Shown here piece after piece: positions 1-9,233 of a stretch of DNA of 64,000 bases (its first letter is position 1; each line of letters opens with the position of its first letter). This DNA comes from Flavobacteriales bacterium (GTDB lineage Bacteria > Bacteroidota > Bacteroidia > Flavobacteriales_F > PHOS-HE28). The stretch covers positions 16,300-80,299 of the forward strand of contig DAORNP010000001.1 of the NCBI GenBank assembly GCA_035441065.1. Reading direction: 5' to 3'. The notes beneath the pieces were generated by a model. That model saw only the letters and a list, made by a program, of their open reading frames with translations. It was not told where the DNA came from and did not search any database. Made by a program: the position numbers and the translations under genes.

Positions 1-200
1 GTCTGAAGCAACAGCCCAAGTCCGAAGTCATCGACGCCCGCGTTGTTGCTGATGCACGTGAGCCCCTTGGTGCCGCGGCGCACCATGGCCGCGATCAGGT
101 TCTCCGGGATGCCGCACAGCCCGAAGCCGCCGACCATGAGCGTCATGTTGTCCTGCAGGCCATCGAGCGCCGCATCGGGCCCGGCCACCACCTTGTTCAT
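1..200 (-). CDS. scoA: Succinyl-CoA:3-ketoacid CoA-transferase subunit A, N-terminal fragment (left-arm mirror copy, truncated by window start).
   Basis: Mirror of 49483..49682. Start codon cat at 198..200; translation [40 protein letters not shown]... matches CoA-transferase family I alpha subunit. Confidence 0.8.
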   Translation of the reverse strand, partial: MNKVVAGPDAALDGLQDNMTLMVGGFGLCGIPENLIAAMVRRGTKGLTCISNNAGVDDFGLGLLLQ

Positions 201-251
201 GCGTGAAGCGATTGAGCGCCGAATATAACCGGGCGCCCATGCGCGCAAGGG

Positions 252-1124
252 CTACTTCAGGTCCTCCTCGGTGATCACGGCATCGCCCAGATAGCGGCCC
301 TGCTTGAAGATCTTGATCCGTTTCAGGAAGCCATCGCTGTCGTACTCGTAGCGCTTGCCGTCCCACAGGCGGCCATCCTTGAATTCGCCCTGCTGCGAGA
401 GGCGGAGCTGCTTGTCGTAAAGCGTGTTGTAGCCGTTCTCGCGGAATACCATGGCGTTGGTGCGCTCGGTGGGTGCTGGAGCAGGTGCGGCCTCGGCCTT
501 CGGGTCCACCTTCACGTCATCGGCCTTGGGCACGGGCTTGATCCACTTGCTGTTCGCTTCGTTGATCACGCCGTCGTTGAACTGCGCCACTTGCGTGACC
601 TGGCCATTGGTATCGTAACGCTTCAACGTTCCGTCTTCCTTGCCCTCCTCAACGTTCACCGCCACGGCGAGCTGCCCGTTCTCGTGGTAGTACTTCTGCT
701 CGCCATCGCGCACGCCGTATCCATTGAAGATGAAGTCCTGCGCGAGTTTTCCGTTCGGATGCCAGCGCTGGAACTTACCCGTGTTGCGGTCCAGGTCCCA
801 AGTGCCCTGCTCCTCCACTTTCCCGGTCGGGTAATAGGTGCGATAATCGCCCCTGGGACGGCCCATCTGGTAGTTGATCTCGCTCATCACATTGCCGTTG
901 GGCCAATAGCGCTTCCACGTGCCCACGCGCTTGCTGTTGCTGTAGCGGCCCTCTTCGATCAGCTGGCCATCGTTGTACTCGGGCTTCTCCGCTTTCGGCG
1001 CCAGCACCTTCCAATAGCCCTGCTTTCGGCCCATTTCGTCCACCACGTTCAGGGTGTCCTGTGCCAGGGCGGCAACGCGACCGGCGATGAGCAGCATGAT
1101 CAGCAGTGAGAATTGTCGGAACAT
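252..1124 (-). CDS. Secreted MORN-variant/YwqK-like repeat protein.
   Basis: Signal peptide MFRQFSLLIMLLIAGRVAALA. Repeated G-x-W-x-x-Y-x-x-NG units typical of the MORN-variant (YwqK) family. Start verified at cat 1122..1124. Confidence 0.6.
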   Translation of the reverse strand: MFRQFSLLIMLLIAGRVAALAQDTLNVVDEMGRKQGYWKVLAPKAEKPEYNDGQLIEEGRYSNSKRVGTWKRYWPNGNVMSEINYQMGRPRGDYRTYYPTGKVEEQGTWDLDRNTGKFQRWHPNGKLAQDFIFNGYGVRDGEQKYYHENGQLAVAVNVEEGKEDGTLKRYDTNGQVTQVAQFNDGVINEANSKWIKPVPKADDVKVDPKAEAAPAPAPTERTNAMVFRENGYNTLYDKQLRLSQQGEFKDGRLWDGKRYEYDSDGFLKRIKIFKQGRYLGDAVITEEDLK

Positions 1125-1216
1125 GGCGTGTTGGGCTTCGCGAGGCGCGAAACGCTGGCGAGGGGTAGAAGGTTGCATCCCTTCGCTTCGCCCGGATTGT
1201 CCAATGCCGAATGCAA

Positions 1217-2164
1217 TCAACCTCCAATCAACCTCTTCAGGTTCACCATCATGTCGTCCACCATGCCGCTCAGGTCGTACTGCGGCTTCCAGCCCCAATC
1301 GGCGCGGGCGGCGCTATCGTCTATGCTGCGCGGCCAGCTGTCGGCGATGGCCTGGCGGTGATCTGGCGCGTAATCGATGGTGAAGCCGGGAATGTGGCGC
1401 CTCACTTCAGCCGCGATCTGCTCGGGGTCGAAGCTGAAGCCGGCGAGGTTGTAGCTGTTACGCACCTTTACCTGTTCGGCTGGCGCTTCCATCAAGTCGA
1501 TGGTGGCGCGGATGGCGTCGGGCATGTACATCATCGGTAAGGTGCTCTTCGGCCCGAGGAAGCTGGTGTACTTGCCGTGCTTGATCGCTTCGTGGAAGAT
1601 GTGGACAGCGTAGTCGGTGGTGCCGCCGCCGGGCGCGCTCTTCCAGCCGATGAGGCCGGGGTAGCGGATGCTGCGCACATCCACACCAAAGCGCTTGTGG
1701 TAGTACTGGCACCAACCTTCGCCTGCCAGCTTGCTGATGCCGTAAACCGTGGTGGGCTCGGCGATGGTGTGCTGCGGCGTGCCGTCCTTCGGGGTGGTGG
1801 GGCCGAAAACAGCGATGCTGCTGGGCCAATACACGCGCTTCAATTTCCCTTCTCGCGCAAGTTCCAGCACGATGAAGAGGCTCTCCATGTTCAGTTTCCA
1901 CGCGAAAGCGGGATCCTTCTCGGCGGTAGCGCTCAATAATGCCGCAAGCAGATAGACCTCGGTGATGCCATGCTTGTCGATGATGCGTTCGATGCCCCGG
2001 CGGTCCATGGCGTCCACCAGCACGAAGGGACCATCCTGCGCCACTTGGGGCTCCTTGATGTCCGAGGCCACTACATTCTCATTTCCGAATCGGGCGCGCA
2101 GCCCTTCCACGAGCTCGGTGCCGATCTGGCCTGAGCTGCCGATAACGAGGATGCGTTTGGTCAT
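1217..2164 (-). CDS. NAD-dependent epimerase/dehydratase family protein, L-threonine 3-dehydrogenase-like.
   Basis: N-terminal MTKRILVIGSSGQIGTEL Rossmann motif and YxxxK-type SDR epimerase architecture. Carries the divergent patch relative to the right-arm copy. Confidence 0.75.
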   Translation of the reverse strand: MTKRILVIGSSGQIGTELVEGLRARFGNENVVASDIKEPQVAQDGPFVLVDAMDRRGIERIIDKHGITEVYLLAALLSATAEKDPAFAWKLNMESLFIVLELAREGKLKRVYWPSSIAVFGPTTPKDGTPQHTIAEPTTVYGISKLAGEGWCQYYHKRFGVDVRSIRYPGLIGWKSAPGGGTTDYAVHIFHEAIKHGKYTSFLGPKSTLPMMYMPDAIRATIDLMEAPAEQVKVRNSYNLAGFSFDPEQIAAEVRRHIPGFTIDYAPDHRQAIADSWPRSIDDSAARADWGWKPQYDLSGMVDDMMVNLKRLIGG

Positions 2165-2210
2165 GATTGGCGGCAAAACTATGCCTCCAGCCACCACAAT
2201 TAACCCCCAT

Positions 2211-3776
2211 CTATTCTATGAGGATTGGCGCTTGTGCAGCATGCACTTGGCCTACGAAAGTCAACGTGTAATGGCCAGAGGGAAGGCCCCTAAGATCATA
2301 GGTGACCAGATGCTCCCCGGACGTATGCATTTCATTGGAAATAAGTGACCGAACCACGCGGCCAGCAGCGTCAACCACATGGAGTGATATCCGATCAGGG
2401 ATAGAAAGCTCGAAGTACAGACTGAGGCGCTCGCTCAGTGGATTCGGAACGACACGTATTTGTGGATGGAATTGGTTGATCTCATGGACGCCGATCTCCA
2501 GGTCGTTCAGGTGGCGCACTACCGAAAAATACGTTACCATGCCTTGGAAGGAATACCCTGCAACAAGCGGCTTTCCATCGGACTGGAGCGAGAGCGATTC
2601 CGGAATGATCGCCCTATCTGTGAATGAGGTAATCGCTATCCCGGAGTTGCCGAATACCTCATCCAGCACTCCATCGGGGGTATAGCGCATAAGTGCAGTG
2701 TAGTGCGGGGGACCGGTACCTTCCCAGCATTCAACGACCACCAAGACCTTCCCATCCGGTTGGACCACGATATCCTTTCCGACCGCGCTCTCCTGGGCCA
2801 CATAGGTGGTGATCACTCCACCATTGCCGAAGGTCTCATCCAACGACCCGTCAGACATACAGCGGATGGTCGTAACCAGCGCGGGATATCCCGAGAACCC
2901 GGTTGCCAATATCTTCTCGTCCGTTTGAAGGACACCAGAGTACACGCCGGCTTGTCCAGTGCCTGCGGCGATGAGCGACACACCGTTCGTGCCGAATGAT
3001 CCATCGAGGAGGCCGTTCTCAGTTACCCGCACCAAGGCAAATCGACTGGCGGGGAAAGGCAAGGTTCCAATCGAAGCACTGCCCAAAAGCACCAGCTTGC
3101 CATCCGGTTGCTGACGTACGGTGCGGATCTGATCATTGAGAGGAGAAACAGCATGAACCCAGATCCCTCCGGATGCGAAGCCCTCGTCCAGTGCCCCGTT
3201 GGGCAGGTAGCGCACCACCGCCATATCGGCATCATGCCCGCTTGCCGTTCGGCCGGCCAGCAGGATCTTACCATCGGACTGGATCACGAGCGCGAGCACA
3301 TTTTCATTCAAGGGGAAAGAACTGATGTTCGTGAAGACCTGTCCACCCTCACCGAATGAAATATCCACGGACCCATCAGCCATAAACCGCATGGCGGAAA
3401 AAGCTGATGTATGTGTGCCAGCCACCACGATCTTGCCATCTGATTGCAGTGCTCCGTAGCACGGCGGACTCCAGCCTCCCCCGGCCGAAGTGACCCTGCC
3501 GCCAGACCCAAAGGACGCATCCAACGTTCCGTCAGAGAAATACCGTGCAATGGCGATATCACTGCTGAGCGCGCCCAACCAATTGGTGCCGACCACCACA
3601 ACCCTTCCATCGGGCTGGATGAGTACGGATTGGCCATATGCCCTTTCGCTCGAGAAGTCGGTAAGCACCACTCCATCAGTGCCCCAACCAGGGTCAAGCG
3701 ATCCTGCTTGGCCAAAGGATGCAGCGCACCATGAGCACCACAACGCCAATGTGAGTACCGAGTCAAGAACTTTCAT
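2211..3776 (-). CDS. Secreted delta-60 repeat protein with T9SS C-terminal sorting domain.
   Basis: Signal peptide MKVLDSVLTLALWCSWCAAS. Many DGxLDxSFGxGG repeats (delta-60 / SBBP-like). C-terminal ~80 aa beta-sandwich tail ...HYTLTFVGQVHAAQAPILIE typical of Por secretion CTD. Confidence 0.7.
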   Translation of the reverse strand: MKVLDSVLTLALWCSWCAASFGQAGSLDPGWGTDGVVLTDFSSERAYGQSVLIQPDGRVVVVGTNWLGALSSDIAIARYFSDGTLDASFGSGGRVTSAGGGWSPPCYGALQSDGKIVVAGTHTSAFSAMRFMADGSVDISFGEGGQVFTNISSFPLNENVLALVIQSDGKILLAGRTASGHDADMAVVRYLPNGALDEGFASGGIWVHAVSPLNDQIRTVRQQPDGKLVLLGSASIGTLPFPASRFALVRVTENGLLDGSFGTNGVSLIAAGTGQAGVYSGVLQTDEKILATGFSGYPALVTTIRCMSDGSLDETFGNGGVITTYVAQESAVGKDIVVQPDGKVLVVVECWEGTGPPHYTALMRYTPDGVLDEVFGNSGIAITSFTDRAIIPESLSLQSDGKPLVAGYSFQGMVTYFSVVRHLNDLEIGVHEINQFHPQIRVVPNPLSERLSLYFELSIPDRISLHVVDAAGRVVRSLISNEMHTSGEHLVTYDLRGLPSGHYTLTFVGQVHAAQAPILIE

Positions 3777-4008
3777 GGTGCGACAGTGTCGGTTTTTCGG
3801 GGCTGCTCGAAGATAGAACAGGGAATCGCATTCTGATCTACGCAAGCGTCTCGCTCAGCATGTCATCGTGCCTTTCGCTCTCTACCCTGAGGATATCGCA
3901 CCAGACTTCAAAGTGATGTCTCTGTACCACCATCTTTCGGACCGAACGTTGGCTAGTCACGGGTTCCCGGGGGGCCCTCAAGCTTCGGGCCCCGCCTATC
4001 TTCGCCAC

Positions 4009-5112
4009 ATGGATGCCCACCGCCTCCGCAACCTTCACCGTCCCGACATTCTCCGGGCGCGATTAGAGCACGAAGGCGTGCCGCGCACCACCCTTTCCTT
4101 CTACCGCTACGTGCGCCTGAGTGATGTGGAATCCCTTCGCAACACGCTCTACTTGGAGTGGGAAGCGCTCGGCGTACTGGGCCGCATCTACCTCTCGCAG
4201 GAGGGCATCAATGCCCAGGTGAGCTTGCCCACGGCGAATCTTGAGGCCTTCCGCAGCAACCTGAACAGCCGCGAGGCCTTCCGGGGTGTGCCATGGAAGA
4301 TCGCGGTGGAAGATGATGGCAAGAGCTTCCTGAAGCTCGCCATCAAGGTAAAGAGGAAGATCGTGGCCGATGGCCTTGCCGATGATGCCTTCGATGTGAC
4401 CAATGTGGGCGAGCACCTCGACGCGAAGACCTTCAACAAGAAGTTGGAAGAAGGCGCCATCGTGGTGGATATGCGCAACAACTACGAGTGCCTCATCGGG
4501 CACTTCGAGGGGGCCTACCTGCCCAAGGCCGATACGTTCCGAGGCGCGATCGAGGAGGTGAAGGAAGTGATGAAGGAGAAGAAGGGGGCCGAGGTGCTGC
4601 TCTATTGCACCGGCGGAATCCGCTGCGAGAAGGCCAGCGCATATCTGAAGCACGAGGGCTTCACGAATGTGAGCCAGTTGCACGGCGGCATCATCGATTA
4701 TGCCCGGCAGTTGAAAGCCGAAGGCCTGAAGAGCAAATACCTCGGCCAGAACTTCGTGTTCGATGAGCGGCTCGCCGAACGCATCACCGACGATGTGGTG
4801 AGCACCTGCATGCAGTGCGGCGCCAAGAACGACCGCATCACCAATTGCCACGAGGCCACCTGCAACATGCTGCTGGTGCAGTGCGAGGCCTGCGCAGCGA
4901 AATACGCCGACTGTTGCTCACCGAGCTGCTGCGAGATACACCAGCTGCCCATCGAAGCGCAACGCGCTTGGCGCAAAGGCCGCAGCACCCGCAGCACCAA
5001 GACCAAGGCCATCAACGATCCCGAAGGATTAAGGCAGCGCATCCGTGAGGAAGAGGAGCTGCTGGCGCTGAATGGCACCCTGCATCCTGAACTGACGAGC
5101 ATCACGATCTGA
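4009..5112 (+). CDS. trhO: Rhodanese-domain tRNA uridine(34) hydroxylase TrhO (UPF0176/YceA).
   Basis: Rhodanese active-site Cys motif LYCTGGIRCEKA and C-terminal Cys-rich extension. ORF begins at 3868 but the conserved family begins near MDAHRL... Confidence 0.7.
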   Translation: MDAHRLRNLHRPDILRARLEHEGVPRTTLSFYRYVRLSDVESLRNTLYLEWEALGVLGRIYLSQEGINAQVSLPTANLEAFRSNLNSREAFRGVPWKIAVEDDGKSFLKLAIKVKRKIVADGLADDAFDVTNVGEHLDAKTFNKKLEEGAIVVDMRNNYECLIGHFEGAYLPKADTFRGAIEEVKEVMKEKKGAEVLLYCTGGIRCEKASAYLKHEGFTNVSQLHGGIIDYARQLKAEGLKSKYLGQNFVFDERLAERITDDVVSTCMQCGAKNDRITNCHEATCNMLLVQCEACAAKYADCCSPSCCEIHQLPIEAQRAWRKGRSTRSTKTKAINDPEGLRQRIREEEELLALNGTLHPELTSITI

Positions 5113-5153
5113 TCCCGTACGGGCGCGAAATTTCGCGTCCCAACCACCTGCCA

Positions 5154-6311
5154 ATGCCCATCTACCACAGCCTCGGCAAGATTCCGCACAAGCGCCACAC
5201 CGTGTTCAAGAACGGCAAGGACCGCTACTACTACGAGCAGCTCTTCGGCACCATCGGCTTCGATGGCATGAGCACCTTGAGCTACCATGTGCACCGCCCC
5301 ACCATGGTGAAGGAGCTGCGCAAGCCCAAGGACCTTACGCCCAAGATCGCGATTGAGAAGAATATGCGCTCGTTGCGGTTGCATGGCTTCAAGACCAAGC
5401 CCGAGAAGGACCACCTATCCGCGCGTAAGGCCATCCTCGTGAACAGCGATTGCGCCATCGTGCTCGCAGCGCCCCAGGCCAAAAGCGTGGACTACTTCTA
5501 CAAGAACGCTGACTGCGATGAGATGATCTTCATCCACAAGGGGAGCGGCACCCTGCGCACCTTCCTGGGCAACATCGACTTCAAGTACGGTGACTACCTG
5601 ATGATTCCCCGAGGGATGATCTACACGATGGAGTTCAAGGACGCGGACAACCGCCTCTTCATCGTTGAGAGCCACCGCCCCATGTACACGCCCAAGCGCT
5701 ACCGCAACTGGTTCGGGCAATTGCTTGAGCATTCGCCGTTCTGCGAGCGCGATATCCGCCGGCCGAAGAAGCTGGAGACGCATGATGAGAAGGGCAGCTT
5801 CGTGATCAAGGTGAAGAAGCAGAACTTGCTGCACGAACTGGTGTATGCCACGCATCCGTTCGACGTGGTGGGCTGGGACGGCTACAACTACCCCTACGCC
5901 TTCAGCATCCACGACTTCGAGCCGATCACCGGCCGCGTCCACCAGCCGCCGCCTGTGCATCAGACCTTCGAGACCGATGCCTTCGTGGTGTGCAGCTTCG
6001 TGCCGCGCCTCTACGACTACCATCCGCAGGCCATCCCCGCGCCGTACAACCACAGCAACATCGACAGTGACGAGGTGCTGTACTACGTGGACGGCGACTT
6101 CATGAGCCGCAACGACATCGGCCCGGGCCATATCAGTTTGCACCCCGCCGGCATCCCGCACGGTCCGCACCCCGGCGCCATGGAGCGCAGCATCGGCAAG
6201 AAGGAGACCGACGAGCTGGCCGTGATGGTGGACACCTTCAAGCCGCTGATGGTGACCGAAGAGGCGCTGAAGATCGACGACGGGAAGTACTGGAAGAGCT
6301 GGCTGGAGTAG
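5154..6311 (+). CDS. hmgA: Homogentisate 1,2-dioxygenase.
   Basis: Full-length match in character to HGD: MPIYHSLGKIPHKRHTVFKNGKDRYYYEQLFGTIGFDG... with cupin His/Glu ligands. Confidence 0.9.
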   Translation: MPIYHSLGKIPHKRHTVFKNGKDRYYYEQLFGTIGFDGMSTLSYHVHRPTMVKELRKPKDLTPKIAIEKNMRSLRLHGFKTKPEKDHLSARKAILVNSDCAIVLAAPQAKSVDYFYKNADCDEMIFIHKGSGTLRTFLGNIDFKYGDYLMIPRGMIYTMEFKDADNRLFIVESHRPMYTPKRYRNWFGQLLEHSPFCERDIRRPKKLETHDEKGSFVIKVKKQNLLHELVYATHPFDVVGWDGYNYPYAFSIHDFEPITGRVHQPPPVHQTFETDAFVVCSFVPRLYDYHPQAIPAPYNHSNIDSDEVLYYVDGDFMSRNDIGPGHISLHPAGIPHGPHPGAMERSIGKKETDELAVMVDTFKPLMVTEEALKIDDGKYWKSWLE

Positions 6312-6389
6312 AGGGCTTGCCTGCCGCCTACGCTGGAGGCTCGGGCTGAGCGCAGAGGACCCGGTGGCTATAAGTCGCTGGCCTCTTCT

Positions 6390-7094
6390 TCACACCACCA
6401 GCTCCGCATCGAACAGGTCCGCGATCTCCAACCGCAATCTCTTCTTCACGGCCTCGATGTCCACCTCGCTGCCCAGCTCAGCGGCCATGCTGGTGACGCC
6501 TTTGTCCGCGATCCCGCAAGGCACGATGTTCCGGAAATAGCTGAGGTCCGTGTTCACGTTGAACGCGAAGCCGTGCATGGTGACCCACCGGCTGGCGCGG
6601 ATGCCGAAGGCGCAGATCTTCCGGGCCTTGACGGGGTCGGTCCAGTCGAGCCATACGCCCGTGAGTCCGTCAATCCTCCCTGCTTTGATGCCGTATGCTT
6701 CCAGTGTGCCGATGATGGCCTCCTCCAGCGTGCGCAGGTAGCGGTGGATGTCGGTGAAATGATGGTCGAGGTCGAAGATGGGGTAGCCAACGATCTGCCC
6801 CGGCCCGTGGTAGGTGATGTCGCCGCCGCGATCGATGGGGAAGAACTGAACGCCCTTCTCGCGCAGTCCTTGCTCATTCAGCAGCAAATGGCTCTGCTTG
6901 CCGCTCTTTCCCAGCGTGTACACGTGATTATGCTCGCAGAAGAGCAAATGATCCTCGGTGGTCAGTTGCTCGTTTTCTGGCAGCGAGCGGTTCGCGATCT
7001 TCCGGTCGATGGTCTCCTTGAAAAGGCGCGTTTGCAGGTCCCACGCGGTGGCGTAGTCGATGAGGCCGAGGTCTTGGAAGTGGATGAGGCGCAT
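6390..7094 (-). CDS. lipB: Lipoyl(octanoyl) transferase.
   Basis: MRLIHFQDLGLIDYATAWDLQ...RGGDITYHGPGQIVGYP...KICAFGIRASRWVTMHGFAFNV, a classic LipB. The ORF track uses an upstream TTG; the ATG at 7092..7094 is preferred. Confidence 0.85.
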   Translation of the reverse strand: MRLIHFQDLGLIDYATAWDLQTRLFKETIDRKIANRSLPENEQLTTEDHLLFCEHNHVYTLGKSGKQSHLLLNEQGLREKGVQFFPIDRGGDITYHGPGQIVGYPIFDLDHHFTDIHRYLRTLEEAIIGTLEAYGIKAGRIDGLTGVWLDWTDPVKARKICAFGIRASRWVTMHGFAFNVNTDLSYFRNIVPCGIADKGVTSMAAELGSEVDIEAVKKRLRLEIADLFDAELVV

Positions 7095-7101
7095 GGTGTT
7101 T

Positions 7102-7122
7102 GCCGCAGAGACGCAGAGGCGC
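7102..7122. repeat. 21-bp inverted repeat (left member) bracketing the GxxExxY gene.
   Basis: gccgcagagacgcagaggcgc; its reverse complement occurs at 7534..7554. Confidence 0.8.
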
Positions 7123-7135
7123 TGAGAATGCGAAT

Positions 7136-7522
7136 TCAAGGTTCGTCCAATCCGTTAACGACACGCCGCACGCCTTCCGCGAGCACCGGCGCGTTGAAGT
7201 TGATGAGCAGTCCGAGTTTGCAGCCAGTGAGTTTCAGGTAGCTCAGCAGTTGCGCACGATGGACTTCCTGCACGAGCTCAATGGCTTTGATTTCGACGAT
7301 GATCCGCTGGTCCACCCATAGGTCGAGCCGAAAGCCCATGTCGAGCCGCTCACCCTTGTAGCGCACAGGCACGGGATGCTGCTGAAGGAAAGGAATGCCT
7401 GCATCTCGCAGTTCACGCGCCAGACAATGCTCGTATATGCTCTCAAGCAATCCCGGCCCGAGCTCTCGATGAACCTCAATGGCCGCTCCAATAATCGCCC
7501 CTGAAAGCTCGCGATAGAGCAT
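7136..7522 (-). CDS. GxxExxY family protein (PD-(D/E)XK-like small protein).
   Basis: 128 aa with AIEVHRELGPGLLESIYEHCL (G-x-x-E-x-x-Y motif). Bracketed by a 21-bp IR. Confidence 0.7.
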   Translation of the reverse strand: MLYRELSGAIIGAAIEVHRELGPGLLESIYEHCLARELRDAGIPFLQQHPVPVRYKGERLDMGFRLDLWVDQRIIVEIKAIELVQEVHRAQLLSYLKLTGCKLGLLINFNAPVLAEGVRRVVNGLDEP

Positions 7523-7533
7523 TGTGATTCTCT

Positions 7534-7554
7534 GCGCCTCTGCGTCTCTGCGGC
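7534..7554. repeat. 21-bp inverted repeat (right member) bracketing the GxxExxY gene.
   Basis: gcgcctctgcgtctctgcggc, the reverse complement of 7102..7122. Confidence 0.8.
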
Positions 7555-8541
7555 TTATTTCACCTCCGCCAGCTTCCCTTTCAGCATGTTGATCACACCG
7601 ATCTCCGTGGGGTCCACGCCCTTCTTCTCGGCCCAGTAGAAGCTCACCCAGTCGCCGAGGTTGATCAGGAAAAGCTGTCGCGCGAAGGCCGTGTCACCTT
7701 GGCTCCAGACATCGTGGATGTGCGGGGTGTACTTGCGGAAGACCTCCTTGTTGATCTCCATGCGGATCTGGCTGCGCTCGTGGTCCTCCTTGTGGCGGAA
7801 GATCACCACGGCCACATCGTCGGTGCCGCCGGCCCAGCCCACCAGCTCGTTGTGGTTCATCTCGGGGATGGCGTGGTGCCAGCAAAGCTCCTTGCTGTTC
7901 TCGTTCACCTGCTGGCGGAAACGTATGCTCACGGCCTCGGTGCTGGCCTCGCTGTAGATCACCAAGCGCTTGCCCACGAGTTTCTCAGTGAGGTCCATGG
8001 CGGCTTTTTTGATGTCCTCCTTCTCATGATCCAGCATGTTCGCGGCGGTCTTGATGGCGCCCTCGAAACCATCGCCGATGATGCCGAAGTGGTGCAGCAC
8101 GTAGAACTGCTGAACCAGCGAATAGGCCAGCATGGTGCGCGGCGGATTGCCGCCCGGAATCACGATGTGGTCAAGGCCCTTCGCCTTGGCGATATCGAGC
8201 ATGGCGCCGCCGCTGGTGATCACCACCACACGCGCGCCTTTGTTCAACGCTTGCTCCATGGCGGCGAGGGTTTCCTCCGTATTGCCGCTGTAGCTGCAGG
8301 CAATCACCAGGCTCTTGTGGTTCACATAGCCCGGCAGGTAGTAGTTGTTGTAGACCTCGATGGGGCACTTGGCCTCCTTGTGCACCAGCTGCGCTGCGAT
8401 GCGCCCGCCGATGCCGCTGCCGCCCAGTCCGGTGACGACCACATTGCTGTAAGGCCCGCCGGGGGCTTTCAACTGGGCCTTGCGGCCTATTTCCAGGGCT
8501 TCCTTCAGTTGTTTGGGGAAGGCGTCGATGAGGTGCTGCAT
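7555..8541 (-). CDS. Bifunctional phosphoglucose/phosphomannose isomerase (SIS-domain PGI/PMI).
   Basis: SIS-domain motifs VVVTGLGGSGIGGRI and CSYSGNTEET; length ~328 aa typical of archaeal-type PGI/PMI. Differs from the right-arm copy at 2 codons. Confidence 0.7.
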   Translation of the reverse strand: MQHLIDAFPKQLKEALEIGRKAQLKAPGGPYSNVVVTGLGGSGIGGRIAAQLVHKEAKCPIEVYNNYYLPGYVNHKSLVIACSYSGNTEETLAAMEQALNKGARVVVITSGGAMLDIAKAKGLDHIVIPGGNPPRTMLAYSLVQQFYVLHHFGIIGDGFEGAIKTAANMLDHEKEDIKKAAMDLTEKLVGKRLVIYSEASTEAVSIRFRQQVNENSKELCWHHAIPEMNHNELVGWAGGTDDVAVVIFRHKEDHERSQIRMEINKEVFRKYTPHIHDVWSQGDTAFARQLFLINLGDWVSFYWAEKKGVDPTEIGVINMLKGKLAEVK

Positions 8542-8647
8542 GGGTGCGTTGATGCGGGGTCGAAATTAGGGGCGCTGATACGGCATTGATGCACCGCTGG
8601 TTGCCGCTGGCAAGCATCGTACGTACATTTGGCCATCCATACGTGCC

Positions 8648-8866
8648 ATGAAGACCAAACTCACCCTGCTCGTGGATGAACGCGTGAAGCGCAAGGCCCG
8701 GGCATTGAGTCGCAGGCGCAACACGAGCATCTCGGCCGTTTTTTCAGAGTTCATCGAGCGAGAGGACAAGTCCAAAAAGGACCCGTTCGCGCAATTGGAT
8801 GGGATTTGGGAAGGACGAGATGTGGATGCCCGGGAAATCCGCCGTCGCGTATGGAAGCGGTCCTGA
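8648..8866 (+). CDS. vapB: Ribbon-helix-helix antitoxin (VapB/CopG-like).
   Basis: 72 aa, MKTKLTLLVDERVKRKARALSRRRNTSISAVFSEFI. Overlaps the downstream PIN toxin by 16 nt. Confidence 0.55.
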   Translation: MKTKLTLLVDERVKRKARALSRRRNTSISAVFSEFIEREDKSKKDPFAQLDGIWEGRDVDAREIRRRVWKRS

Positions 8867-9228
8867 TTGACACCAGCATCCTTATCGGTCGCATGCGGAA
8901 GCAAACCGCGGCATTCGAGGCCTATGACCGTCTGCAGGGCGCAACGCCGGTGCTCTGCGACATGGTCGTGGCTGAGGTCCTGGATGGCGCCCGCAACAAG
9001 GCCGAGCACGAGCGGATTTGGAGCGACCTGCACGGCGGCTTCCATGTGCTGCCTTTCACCATGGAGGTCTCGCTGCTTTTCCGGGAACTCAGCCGACAAC
9101 ACGAATTGATGCGTGGGGGCCGTTTCGGCGACCTGCTGATCGCATCAACAGCGATAGCGCATGGCTGCGCGCTGCTCACGCTCAACCGCAAGGACTTCGA
9201 GGGCATTAAGGGGTTGAAGTTGCAGTAG
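8851..9228 (+). CDS. vapC: PIN-domain toxin VapC.
   Basis: MEAVLIDTSILIGRMR (N-terminal acidic Asp) ... FGDLLIASTAIAHGCALLTLNRKDF (PIN C-terminal motif). Confidence 0.7.
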   Translation: MEAVLIDTSILIGRMRKQTAAFEAYDRLQGATPVLCDMVVAEVLDGARNKAEHERIWSDLHGGFHVLPFTMEVSLLFRELSRQHELMRGGRFGDLLIASTAIAHGCALLTLNRKDFEGIKGLKLQ

Positions 9229-9233
9229 TTGCT

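Noticed and set aside
3868-4008. N-terminal 47-codon extension of the trhO ORF (MPFALYPEDIAPDFKVMSLYHH...).
   Set aside because: The conserved TrhO family begins near MDAHRL.... The extension has no homology signal and is probably 5' UTR or promoter read through in frame.
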